Positions 11,029 through 18,786 of a stretch of DNA of 20,019 nt are shown one piece after another. The stretch is from the UHGV virus genome UHGV-0180141. The stretch is one strand, 5' to 3'. The notes under the pieces were generated by a model that saw only the letters and a program-made list of their open reading frames with translations, was not told where the DNA came from and made no database searches. The position numbers were made by a program, and so were the translations under genes. Each line of letters begins with the position of its first letter. The stretch's first letter is position 1. Source of the stretch: a virus.

Positions 11029-11724
11029 ATGTTATATGCATTTAAGCTGGGCAGAAAACTGCGCAGCGAGGAACCTTATTGTCCTGAAAAAGGCGGGAAA
11101 GGTGGCAGCTCTGATAAAAGCGCAAAGTATGCAGCAGAAGCTCAGAAGTATGCCGCAGACCTGCAAAATCAGCAGTGGCAGACGATCATGAAAAACCTTG
11201 CTCCGTTCACGCCGCTTGCGGAGCAGTATGTTAACCAGCTTCAGAATCTTTCCAGTTTAGAAGGTCAGGGGCAGGCACTTAATCAGTATTACAACTCTCA
11301 GCAGTATAAAGACCTTGCAGGTCAGGCGCGTTACCAGAGTCTTGCTGCTGCGGAGGCGACGGGTGGATTGGGTTCCACTGCAACCGGTAATCAGTTAGCA
11401 ACAATCGCACCAACGCTTGGTCAGCAGTGGCTGTCTGGTCAGATGAACAACTACCAGAATCTGGCAAATATTGGTCTTGGCGCACTGCAAGGTCAGGCAA
11501 ACGCCGGGCAGACATATGCCAACAACATGAGTCAGATTTCGCAGCAAAGTGCGGCTCTTGCAGCGGCAAATGCCAACAGACCATCAGCAATGCAATCTGC
11601 TATTGGCGGAGGTGCGTCTGGTGCTTTTGCTGGGGCTGGACTTGCGAAATTAATTGGTTCATCAACTCCGTGGGGTGCTGGTATCGGTGCTGGTATCGGT
11701 CTGCTTGGTTCACTGCTTTATTAA
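11029..11724 (+). CDS. ejection (injection) protein (P22 gp7-like)
   Basis: 231 aa (P22 gp7 about 229); Q/N/A-rich with a Gly-rich hydrophobic C-terminal tail (GGGASGAFAGAGLAKLIGSSTPWGAGIGAGIGLLGSLLY); synteny. Confidence 0.8.
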   Translation: MLYAFKLGRKLRSEEPYCPEKGGKGGSSDKSAKYAAEAQKYAADLQNQQWQTIMKNLAPFTPLAEQYVNQLQNLSSLEGQGQALNQYYNSQQYKDLAGQARYQSLAAAEATGGLGSTATGNQLATIAPTLGQQWLSGQMNNYQNLANIGLGALQGQANAGQTYANNMSQISQQSAALAAANANRPSAMQSAIGGGASGAFAGAGLAKLIGSSTPWGAGIGAGIGLLGSLLY

Positions 11725-11734
11725 GGGGTAATCA

Positions 11735-13051
11735 ATGGCTACGTGGCAACAGGGTATTAATTCTGGTGGTTTTCTGGCTGGCATCGGTACGCAAAATGAG
11801 AATGCGCCAAAGGCAAGCGACATTAACGCAACGCTTGGTCTGATCCGCGAAAACAATGAACTGGCTCGCTCAGGTGCAAATAACGTTGGGCTGACTGCTT
11901 TGCAAGGCCTTTCAGGCATTGCGGAGTCTCAGCGGCAGAAAGAATTTCAGCAGGCGTACGCTAATGCTTATGCGTCTGGTGATCGCAGTGCTTTGCGTCA
12001 GTTGGCTACTCAATATCCAGAACAGATTGAATCCGTTCGTAAAGGCATGGGATTCATTGATGAAGATCAGCGTAATTCTATCGGCACCTTAGCGGCTGGC
12101 GCACGCCTTGCGTCATCGTCTCCTGATGCGATGGCTAACTGGCTGCAATCTAACGCCGGTGAGTTAGCTCGTGTTGGCGTTAATCCTCATGACGTCGCTC
12201 AGATGTACCAACAGAACCCGCAGCAGTTCGGCGAATTTGTCGATCACCTGGGGATGGCCAGTCTCGGACCCGAAAAATACTTTGACCTACAGGATAAAAT
12301 GCAGGGTCGCCAGGTTACCATGCGCGGTCAGGATCTGGATTCGCAAACCGCCGCCCGGAATCAGGCAATCACAATGCGCGGACAAGATATCCAGGCGAAT
12401 TTAGGTCAACAGCGCATTAATCTGGACGCAGAAACAAACCGCATTAACTACGAAAATAAGCGCCTTGACCGGATGCTATCAGCAGAAACTAACGACCTGA
12501 AGCGCCAGGAAATACAGAGCCGCATAGCAGCCAACAACCAGCAGTTGCAGCAGAAGCAGCAAGCGCTAAATGATGGCTACAAAGACGGCATCAACACTCT
12601 CACAACCAGCATGTTCACTCTGAACGATATCGTTAGTTCTCCTTCACTTAAGAGCATTACAGGCTTACGTGGAGTAATCCCCAACGTTCCAGGCTCACAG
12701 GCTGCAGACACTCAGGCACGACTTGATACCTTTAAATCCCAAGCATACCTGACAGCGGTTCAGGCCATGCGAGGCATGGGCGCACTTTCTGATGCCGAGG
12801 GCAAAAAGCTCGACCAGGCTGTTGGTTCGCTGCAGAACTCGCAGAGCGAGGAGTCCTTTCGTCGCAACGCTGGCGTCATCCTGAACACACTCAACCAGAA
12901 GCGTAATGAGGCGGTTGGTAAGTACGTTCAGCAAAACGGTATCAAGCGAGTGGAAGCGCCTCAGGCTTCTATAGATTACCTGAAGCAGCACCCCGAGCTG
13001 TCAATCGACTTCATTAATCGCTACGGATATCTTCCATCTTTGGGGCAGTAA
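11735..13051 (+). CDS. ejection (injection) protein (P22 gp20-like)
   Basis: 438 aa; position between gp7-like and gp16-like genes; low-complexity Q/A/N-rich composition typical of ejection proteins. Confidence 0.78.
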   Translation: MATWQQGINSGGFLAGIGTQNENAPKASDINATLGLIRENNELARSGANNVGLTALQGLSGIAESQRQKEFQQAYANAYASGDRSALRQLATQYPEQIESVRKGMGFIDEDQRNSIGTLAAGARLASSSPDAMANWLQSNAGELARVGVNPHDVAQMYQQNPQQFGEFVDHLGMASLGPEKYFDLQDKMQGRQVTMRGQDLDSQTAARNQAITMRGQDIQANLGQQRINLDAETNRINYENKRLDRMLSAETNDLKRQEIQSRIAANNQQLQQKQQALNDGYKDGINTLTTSMFTLNDIVSSPSLKSITGLRGVIPNVPGSQAADTQARLDTFKSQAYLTAVQAMRGMGALSDAEGKKLDQAVGSLQNSQSEESFRRNAGVILNTLNQKRNEAVGKYVQQNGIKRVEAPQASIDYLKQHPELSIDFINRYGYLPSLGQ

Positions 13052-15787
13052 ATGGCTAATTACCGTGATTTGTTAGAGCAGGCTGGCGCACGTTACGGTG
13101 TGCCAGAAGGGTTGATGACTGCACTGGGTGCCAAGGAGTCTTCTTACAACCCTGCCGCAGTAAGCTCCGCCGGGGCTGTAGGATTGACTCAGGTCATGCC
13201 TGGGACATGGCGTGATATGGGTTATACCGATGAGCAAATGCAAAACCCCGAATATCAGGCTGACGCTGGCGCGCGCTATCTGGCAAAGATGTACCAGCAG
13301 TTTGGTAACTGGCGTGACGCTCTTCAGGCTTATCACGACGGCCCCGGCAACGTTATGAAGGCAAAGCGTGGTGAATATACGCCAGGACCTGAAGGCCGCG
13401 GTTACGTTGATGATCGCTTTGCTCAATGGGCGGGTGACCCGGTGACAGACTCAACAGTCGAACAGCGCGCCACCTCTGCAAAGGTACATCCTCAGCAAGA
13501 CCCTAACAACCCGTTTGCACAACTGGAAGCACAGTCATCCGAACAAGTATCGGCATCAGGCGTGCAGTCAGACCCAAATAATCCATTTGCTCAGATTGAG
13601 CAGCAGGCAGCCAGTCAGCAGCCACCTCAACCCGTAAGTTCTGTCGCACCGAAACCTGTTCAGCAACAAACAGTTAATCAGGCCAATAATGCACCAACAC
13701 GGGAAGAACCATCATTGATGCAACAAGCTGGTGATTGGCTCACAGGTGGTCAAAGTGCAGGGCAAATTGCAGAGCAGGCTGGTCGTGGTCTGGTAAACAT
13801 ACCATTTGACGTATTGCAGGGTGGCGCAAGTCTGATTAATGCAATCAGCCAGGGGCTTGGTGGCCCCAAGGTTTTGGACGATGTCTATCGTCCAGTAGAT
13901 CGACCGACAGACCCTTATGCGCAAGCTGGAGAGTCAATAGGCGGTTATCTTGTTCCTGGAGCAGGAGTAGCTGGAAACATGGTCATTGGTTCTCTCGCTG
14001 ACGCGGCGAATCAACGGGGTGATTTTGCCGAAAATGCCGCTATTAATGCCGGACTTAACATTGCTACGCATGGCCTGATAAATGGCGTTACCCGTGGTGT
14101 TCGTGGCGCATCAAATATAATTAGTGGCAATAAAACATCTGCACAGAGAGCGACCACTGCGCCAACAGAAACATCACCATTCTCCGGTGATGCCGCTGCA
14201 GCAACAAATCCTGCGGTTCATGCCGCAGAGGCAAGAGCAGCACAAGGTGTACCAATGACGCCTGCGGCGAGGGACCCAGAGGAGGTCGTTCGCACAGTAG
14301 CAGCACAAAAAAGGCCAAATCTCGCTTCATCGCTTGATGAACTAGATATCAATCCTCAGGCTGAAGTTCTGGAGTCTGCTGAAAGGCTTAATGTTGATTC
14401 ATTACTCCCTTCACACTTTTCCGGGAACGAGCAATACAAGGCAGTTGAGCAAGCAATCAAGTCCCGTGCGGGTTCTGCTCTACGGGTGCAGGAAAATGAA
14501 GCAATCAGGCAACTAGCACAGGGCGCGGGGGAGATAATTGATCGCGTTTCCGGTGCAAAAGATGCTCTTGGTATGAGCGACAAGTTTATTGATACGATCA
14601 ATGGAAGAATGTCTGCGCTGATGAAACGAAGCGACCAGCTTTATCGCAATGTTGAAAAGGCGATGCCTGCAGGTGCAAAAATTGATGCGCCATCAACAAG
14701 GTCAATGCTCAAACAGGTGGCAGAAGATCTTGGCGGGATGAAAAACCTTGACCCTATTGAAAAGAGAGTCTTTCGGGCAGTTAATCCAGGCAAGAACGGC
14801 GCATTAACTTATGCAAATCTCAATAAGCAACGACGACTTGTTGGTGATGCACTTCATAAGAAGTCTGGACCATATAAAGATGCTGATCGCGCTGCTTTAT
14901 CGAGGCTTTACGGTTCGCTCGCCGATGATCAAAAGGCGGCGCTGTCAGAGACAAATGCATTACGTGATTTTGAAGTTGCTCAGAGGCTTGTTCAGATGCG
15001 AAAAAGCATGGAAGAGCAAATGATTAATCTAACTGGCAGAACACTGAACGGTGATGTTTCTCGCAAAGCAACTACAGCACTACAGGCAATGTCGAAAGGC
15101 GATGCCAAAGGATTTCGTGAATTGATGCAAAACACGCCGTCCAGGAAGCTAAGAACCGAGCTACTGGGAACAGGTCTTCGGGATATGCTTTCGAACGGAA
15201 AACGTGGCGCTGATTTTAATCCTGCAGGGTTTGCTGACTGGTATCAAAACATGTTAGCAAACGGGCAGATGCGCAATCTTGCCCGACATTTACCAAAAGA
15301 GACTATGTCAGGTCTGAACGATGTATATAAGGTCGCAAAGGCTATCAAAGACGCAAAATCTTACGAGATAACTACAGGAAGACTAAACGAGTTCGTCAAA
15401 CGGTTTAATCGCGTCACTGCGGCAAATGAATTTGTTGCTAACCATGCCCAACGCATTGGCACTGCGGTTGGTTCAACTGTGTCAGGACCGTTCAGTGCAG
15501 TAGGTGCTGTTGCTGGGTCAGAAATTGGGGCAAAAGTCGCCAGCAAAATCAGGGCGATGGGCGGCGCTGAATCAATTGAATCTGCAGAAAAGCTAATTAG
15601 CTCACCAGAATTCCAGAAAGCAGCAAGGCTGGCAGTAAAACAAGCACCAGAAAGCATCGTTGATACAACTGTAAGACGCTCTTCTGCTTGGCGCTCGTTT
15701 TACAACTCACTTCCAGAATCAGATAAGAAAACCATATCAAGGCTAGGCATCATGTACTGGATGAACAGTGATGATAACCAGAAGTAA
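13052..15787 (+). CDS. ejection protein (P22 gp16-like) with N-terminal lytic transglycosylase (SLT) domain
   Basis: 911 aa. N-terminal ~110 aa carries SLT-like motifs ([10 protein letters not shown] with candidate catalytic Glu, [19 protein letters not shown]); then a Q/P-rich linker with a tandem DPNNPFAQ(L/I)E repeat, then a long helical/Ala-Gly-rich body. Last gene of the plus-strand string, start abutting the gp20-like stop. Confidence 0.85.
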   Translation: MANYRDLLEQAGARYGVPEGLMTALGAKESSYNPAAVSSAGAVGLTQVMPGTWRDMGYTDEQMQNPEYQADAGARYLAKMYQQFGNWRDALQAYHDGPGNVMKAKRGEYTPGPEGRGYVDDRFAQWAGDPVTDSTVEQRATSAKVHPQQDPNNPFAQLEAQSSEQVSASGVQSDPNNPFAQIEQQAASQQPPQPVSSVAPKPVQQQTVNQANNAPTREEPSLMQQAGDWLTGGQSAGQIAEQAGRGLVNIPFDVLQGGASLINAISQGLGGPKVLDDVYRPVDRPTDPYAQAGESIGGYLVPGAGVAGNMVIGSLADAANQRGDFAENAAINAGLNIATHGLINGVTRGVRGASNIISGNKTSAQRATTAPTETSPFSGDAAAATNPAVHAAEARAAQGVPMTPAARDPEEVVRTVAAQKRPNLASSLDELDINPQAEVLESAERLNVDSLLPSHFSGNEQYKAVEQAIKSRAGSALRVQENEAIRQLAQGAGEIIDRVSGAKDALGMSDKFIDTINGRMSALMKRSDQLYRNVEKAMPAGAKIDAPSTRSMLKQVAEDLGGMKNLDPIEKRVFRAVNPGKNGALTYANLNKQRRLVGDALHKKSGPYKDADRAALSRLYGSLADDQKAALSETNALRDFEVAQRLVQMRKSMEEQMINLTGRTLNGDVSRKATTALQAMSKGDAKGFRELMQNTPSRKLRTELLGTGLRDMLSNGKRGADFNPAGFADWYQNMLANGQMRNLARHLPKETMSGLNDVYKVAKAIKDAKSYEITTGRLNEFVKRFNRVTAANEFVANHAQRIGTAVGSTVSGPFSAVGAVAGSEIGAKVASKIRAMGGAESIESAEKLISSPEFQKAARLAVKQAPESIVDTTVRRSSAWRSFYNSLPESDKKTISRLGIMYWMNSDDNQK

Positions 15788-15804
15788 CGGAAAGCCACGG
15801 ATGG

Positions 15805-15888
15805 TTAGTTGCTGTCTTTTTTATATAAATCTCTGAGCGTATCAAAGACAATTTTCTTTACCATATCGGATTGTTGGTCTGCAATACG
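15805..15888 (-). pseudogene. remnant of the 3' end of a P22-type mnt gene (C-terminal ~27 codons only)
   Basis: Minus-strand translation gives ...RIADQQSDMVKKIVFDTLRDLYKKDSN*, closely matching the P22 Mnt C-terminus (...RLADEQSELVKKMVFDTLKDLYKKTT, from memory). No Mnt-like N-terminal region upstream in any frame. The frame is continuous with the lipoprotein ORF stop at 15976-15978. Confidence 0.5.
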
Positions 15889-15975
15889 CGATGCTATTGG
15901 TAGCGATGAATTCAATCGCTTGTCGAGAGCTGGTATTGTCGCCTCGTTAAGCGGTATGAATGAATATGAATAGCT

Positions 15976-16461
15976 TTATCTAATGTTGCTGCTACTGTTG
16001 CATGTGACGGTATTTCCAAATCCTGAATTGCAGTTTGTATATGTGTCAACGCGCGTTGGGTAAGGTTGAGTTATAACAGGCTGGCGCGCTTTTTGCTCGA
16101 TCGCTTGCATTGTGTTTACAGCCTGATAATTCAATAAAGCCTGCTGGAATGCTTGGCTTTGTGCTATTTGTTGGGCTTGTTCTTGGCTTTGTAATTGAAC
16201 ATAAAGATTCTGAAGCTCAAGTCTTGCCTGCGCGTCACTTATCTTGCCATCATCGACACCTTGCCCGAGCATCTTCGCAGCAAGGACATATAACTTAGGT
16301 GTTGGTGCTGATGCCATGCGTGAGTCGTTCTTCACACTGGCATCAAGGCAATTAGCCATATCGCTAAGCTTTGGATAGCGTTGCTCGCAACTTGCCTGAT
16401 AGTCGCTTACTTTTGCGCACCCAGCCAGCAGAAGCGGGATAATTAACAGTGATTTTTTCAT
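15976..16461 (-). CDS. predicted lipoprotein (161 aa) of unknown function; possible superinfection-exclusion moron
   Basis: Start chosen at internal ATG (rc of 16459-16461) giving MKKSLLIIPLLLAGC..., a signal peptide with lipobox LAGC; strong RBS TAAGGAGAG 8 nt upstream. Mature part is Q-rich/helical with a Cys-containing C-terminus. The track ORF extends 17 codons upstream to 16512 without an RBS. Confidence 0.72.
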   Translation of the reverse strand: MKKSLLIIPLLLAGCAKVSDYQASCEQRYPKLSDMANCLDASVKNDSRMASAPTPKLYVLAAKMLGQGVDDGKISDAQARLELQNLYVQLQSQEQAQQIAQSQAFQQALLNYQAVNTMQAIEQKARQPVITQPYPTRVDTYTNCNSGFGNTVTCNSSSNIR

Positions 16462-16495
16462 ATAATTAACTCTCCTTAGTTTTGCGCAGGATACC

Positions 16496-16861
16496 ATGAA
16501 AAAAGTTAACATTGGAAACGTACCAAAGATGCTCGTTCCGCTCTTTGAGAGCGGTACAATTGTGTTTTGTAGAGACTTTCCAGAATGGCAACGCCTGCAT
16601 CAAAAACTTGGCGTTGACGTGCATGACTCGGACGCCAACGGAGCGTCTCATACAATGAGCAGCGAGAATGGTGTTTTGCATGTGATAGGCGTGTTCAATG
16701 GCAAACTATCTACTATTGCCCATGAGTGCGCTCACATGGCATTCGATATCTGCTCAAGGGTCGGCGTTGATGTTGAACCAGGAAGAGCCAACGAGACTTA
16801 CTGCTACTTAATGAGCAGGCTTGTTGAGTTCTGCGAGCGACATATCAAAAAGCCGGAGTGA
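16496..16861 (+). CDS. small HExxH-motif protein (121 aa), putative ImmA/IrrE-like zinc metallopeptidase
   Basis: Contains ...VLHVIGVFNGKLSTIAHECAHMAFD..., fitting the (F/T)(I/L)AHE..H pattern of M78/ImmA-type peptidases, with candidate third ligands (Glu/Asp) downstream. AGGA 5 nt upstream of ATG; divergent from the lipoprotein gene with only 34 bp between start codons. Confidence 0.6.
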   Translation: MKKVNIGNVPKMLVPLFESGTIVFCRDFPEWQRLHQKLGVDVHDSDANGASHTMSSENGVLHVIGVFNGKLSTIAHECAHMAFDICSRVGVDVEPGRANETYCYLMSRLVEFCERHIKKPE

Positions 16862-16872
16862 CCCGGCTTGAT
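16851..16872. terminator. putative bidirectional terminator between convergent genes
   Basis: Hairpin AGCCGG-agtgac-CCGGCT (16851-16868) with T-rich sequence on both strands; overlaps the stop codon of the HExxH gene. Confidence 0.45.
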
Positions 16873-16874
16873 TA

Positions 16875-17054
16875 TTACTTTTTGCTGTCTGGAGTTCGCT
16901 TATCCAATACCCAGCCATGACCTGGCTTTGTTGTTGGTGGAAGCCTTTCATTGTCCTTGACGGTGGCAAAATTGTCTTTCTTACCGCCGCGTGGGCCAAC
17001 TTCTTGGTATATTCCGCCGTTTTTTCCCGTGTTTTCACCTGGTTTTTTCGCCAT
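16875..17054 (-). CDS. hypothetical small Gly/Lys-rich protein (59 aa)
   Basis: Start at internal ATG (rc of 17052-17054) giving MAKKPGENTGKNGGIYQEVGPRGGKKDNFATVKDNERLPPTTKPGHGWVLDKRTPDSKK, with RBS GAGGT 6 nt upstream; terminator hairpin downstream; candidate sigma70 -35 TTGACT (rc of 17114-17119) upstream. Confidence 0.45.
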   Translation of the reverse strand: MAKKPGENTGKNGGIYQEVGPRGGKKDNFATVKDNERLPPTTKPGHGWVLDKRTPDSKK

Positions 17055-17144
17055 GATATACCTCAACATGCACCCGTTATTGGGCGATTAAATATTGATC
17101 TCATTTTATAAGTAGTCAATATGGCCCAGGTAAATGCAAAAATT

Positions 17145-17168
17145 AACCCACCGTCAGGTGGGTTTTTT
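17145..17168. terminator. putative bidirectional rho-independent terminator at the 3' end of the mnt-like gene
   Basis: Hairpin AACCCACC-gtca-GGTGGGTT (17145-17164) followed by TTTTTT on the plus strand and by TTAATTTTTGCATTT on the minus strand; the mnt-like stop codon lies in the loop. Confidence 0.55.
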
Positions 17169-17474
17169 GTTTAGCAGTTCTCTCAACTTTTCGTTCTGCT
17201 CTCTGAACTTTTCCTGTATTTCTTTTTGCATGGCGATAACCTGGGCTTGAAGTTGAACTAGCGCATCAACATTTAGCGGAACCGAGACGCTGTTGATTTT
17301 GTCTGCTATTTCCCCAAGAGTATTTTCTGCATTCAAGGCATCTTCCAGTATCTGCACAATCTCTGAGTTCATAGAGCGCCCGTTTCGTTTGGCTCTCTCC
17401 GCAATCGCGTCCCTCATCCCGTCAGGGAAACGCACAACAAACTTTTCGTAATCTTTAACCTGCTTTTCAGCCAT
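17154..17474 (-). CDS. mnt: Mnt-like ribbon-helix-helix repressor (106 aa)
   Basis: N-terminus KFVVRFPDGMRDAIAERAKRNGRSMNSEIVQILEDAL matches the Arc/Mnt RHH fold signature (NGRS(M/V)NSE); helical C-terminal extension; GAGGTG RBS 5 nt upstream; divergent from the arc-like gene as in P22 immI. Confidence 0.8.
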   Translation of the reverse strand: MAEKQVKDYEKFVVRFPDGMRDAIAERAKRNGRSMNSEIVQILEDALNAENTLGEIADKINSVSVPLNVDALVQLQAQVIAMQKEIQEKFREQNEKLRELLNKKPT

Positions 17475-17493
17475 AACATCACCTCAAAAAAAA

Positions 17494-17556
17494 CAATGAT
17501 GGCATATTGCTATTTATATTCAATGATGGCATATTGCTTTCAAGGCATAATGCCAT
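17494..17556. promoter_or_regulatory. candidate immI operator/promoter region (Pant/Pmnt with Arc/Mnt operator repeats)
   Basis: Perfect 18-bp direct repeat CAATGATGGCATATTGCT at 17494-17511 and 17521-17538 (27-bp period), plus inverted element GGCAT-a-ATGCC at 17544-17554 sharing the ATGGCAT core; candidate -10 CATAAT (17546-17551) for the rightward arc-ant promoter and TTGAAA/AATATA-like elements on the minus strand for mnt. Confidence 0.5.
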
Positions 17557-17576
17557 TACGTAAAAAGGAGTGATCA

Positions 17577-17738
17577 ATGGAAAAGAATGAAGTGAAGACA
17601 ACTCTTCGGTATCCGTACCGTTTTAAGGAGGAGGTGAAACGCATCGCTAAGGAAGAGGGGATGTCAGAAAACTCAGTGTTGGTTCAGGGACTTGCTTGGT
17701 GGTTGAAGTACCGGGAGAAAATGCGGAATGCTCTCTAA
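17577..17738 (+). CDS. arc: Arc-like ribbon-helix-helix repressor (53 aa)
   Basis: Hand translation MEKNEVKTTLRYPYRFKEEVKRIAKEEGMSENSVLVQGLAWWLKYREKMRNAL; 53 aa as in P22 Arc, with an RHH-like beta-strand/helix pattern; AAAGGAG RBS 6 nt upstream; directly upstream of ant. Below the ORF-track size cutoff. Confidence 0.72.
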   Translation: MEKNEVKTTLRYPYRFKEEVKRIAKEEGMSENSVLVQGLAWWLKYREKMRNAL

Positions 17739-17809
17739 AAATAACGAAGCCCCGACAGCGGGAACTGGCGAGGCTTCTACATCAACAAATCTGATCGGGA
17801 AATATTGAC

Positions 17810-18688
17810 ATGAAAAGTATAGCAAAGGCACAAAACGATTTCACCATCTTCAAATTCGGCGACAGTGAAATCCGCGTCATCAACAAGTGCGGTGAGCCGT
17901 GGTTTGTAGCAAAAGATGTTTGTGATGCTTTAACTCTGACTAACTCACGCAAGGCGCTTACTGCACTTGATGACGATGAGAAGGGAGTAACTTTAAGTTA
18001 CACCCTTGGTGGTGAGCAGAATTTAAGCATTGTGAGCGAATCAGGTATGTATACATTGGTTCTGCGCTGCCGCGATGCAGTCAATAAAGGTTCAGTCCCG
18101 CACAAATTCCGCAAGTGGGTAACAGCAGAAGTTCTGCCTTCAATTCGCAAACATGGCGAGTATGTAAAAGGAAAGAAAACCACTGTTGAGGAAAGAACAC
18201 CGCTACGAGATGCAGTAAACATGCTGGTAGGAAAGAAAGGACTTCGCTATGACGATGCATACAATATGGTTCATCAGCGTTTTGGTATTGACAGCATTGA
18301 TGAACTTTCAATTGAACAAATCCCGCTGGCCGTAGAGTACATCCACAGGGTAGTGCTTGAAGGTGAGTTCATTGGCAAACAAGAGAAGAAAACCAACGAG
18401 CTTTCTGCAAAAGAAGCAAACAGCCTTGTATGGCTATGGGATTATGCCAACCGCTCACAGGCATTATTCCGCGAATTGTATTCGGCGCTAAAACAAATTC
18501 AATCGAACTATTCCGGCAGATGCTACGACTACGGTCATGAATTCTCGTATGTTATCGGAATGGCGAGAGACGTTTTAATCAATCACACACGAGATGTTGA
18601 TATTAATGAGCCAGACGGACCAACGAATCTTTCCGCATGGATGAGACTTAAGAATAAAGAATTACCTCCTTCAGTACATAACTACTGA
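17810..18688 (+). CDS. ant: antirepressor Ant (BRO-N/KilA-N-type N-terminal domain)
   Basis: 292 aa (P22 Ant about 300); N-terminal [18 protein letters not shown]...[10 protein letters not shown]...[17 protein letters not shown] is the Bro-N/antirepressor signature; follows arc. Confidence 0.85.
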   Translation: MKSIAKAQNDFTIFKFGDSEIRVINKCGEPWFVAKDVCDALTLTNSRKALTALDDDEKGVTLSYTLGGEQNLSIVSESGMYTLVLRCRDAVNKGSVPHKFRKWVTAEVLPSIRKHGEYVKGKKTTVEERTPLRDAVNMLVGKKGLRYDDAYNMVHQRFGIDSIDELSIEQIPLAVEYIHRVVLEGEFIGKQEKKTNELSAKEANSLVWLWDYANRSQALFRELYSALKQIQSNYSGRCYDYGHEFSYVIGMARDVLINHTRDVDINEPDGPTNLSAWMRLKNKELPPSVHNY

Positions 18689-18706
18689 CAGATAACCAAC
18701 GCAACG

Positions 18707-18729
18707 ACCCAGCTTCGGCTGGGTTTTTA
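18707..18729 (+). terminator. rho-independent terminator after ant
   Basis: Hairpin CCCAGC-ttcg-GCTGGG (18708-18723) followed by TTTTT. Confidence 0.6.
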
Positions 18730-18786
18730 TGTCCAAAATTCACCGTAGCCATGCTTTGGCGATTCCTTGTATCTGGAGTAAATTAA

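Noticed and set aside
15902-15920. Palindrome AGCGAT-gaattca-ATCGCT (contains an EcoRI site) downstream of the lipoprotein gene
   Set aside because: No flanking U-tract on either strand, so it is unlikely to be an intrinsic terminator; it lies inside the mnt-remnant sequence and may be coincidental.
16496-16528. Alternative later start (ATG at 16529) for the HExxH protein
   Set aside because: The upstream ATG at 16496 has an AGGA Shine-Dalgarno at appropriate spacing whereas 16529 does not; the first start is kept but remains uncertain.
17494-17538. Direct repeats considered as a possible CRISPR array or att-site repeat
   Set aside because: Only two 18-bp copies with a 9-bp spacer, located in a divergent promoter region between repressor genes; this fits operators, not CRISPR or attachment sites.
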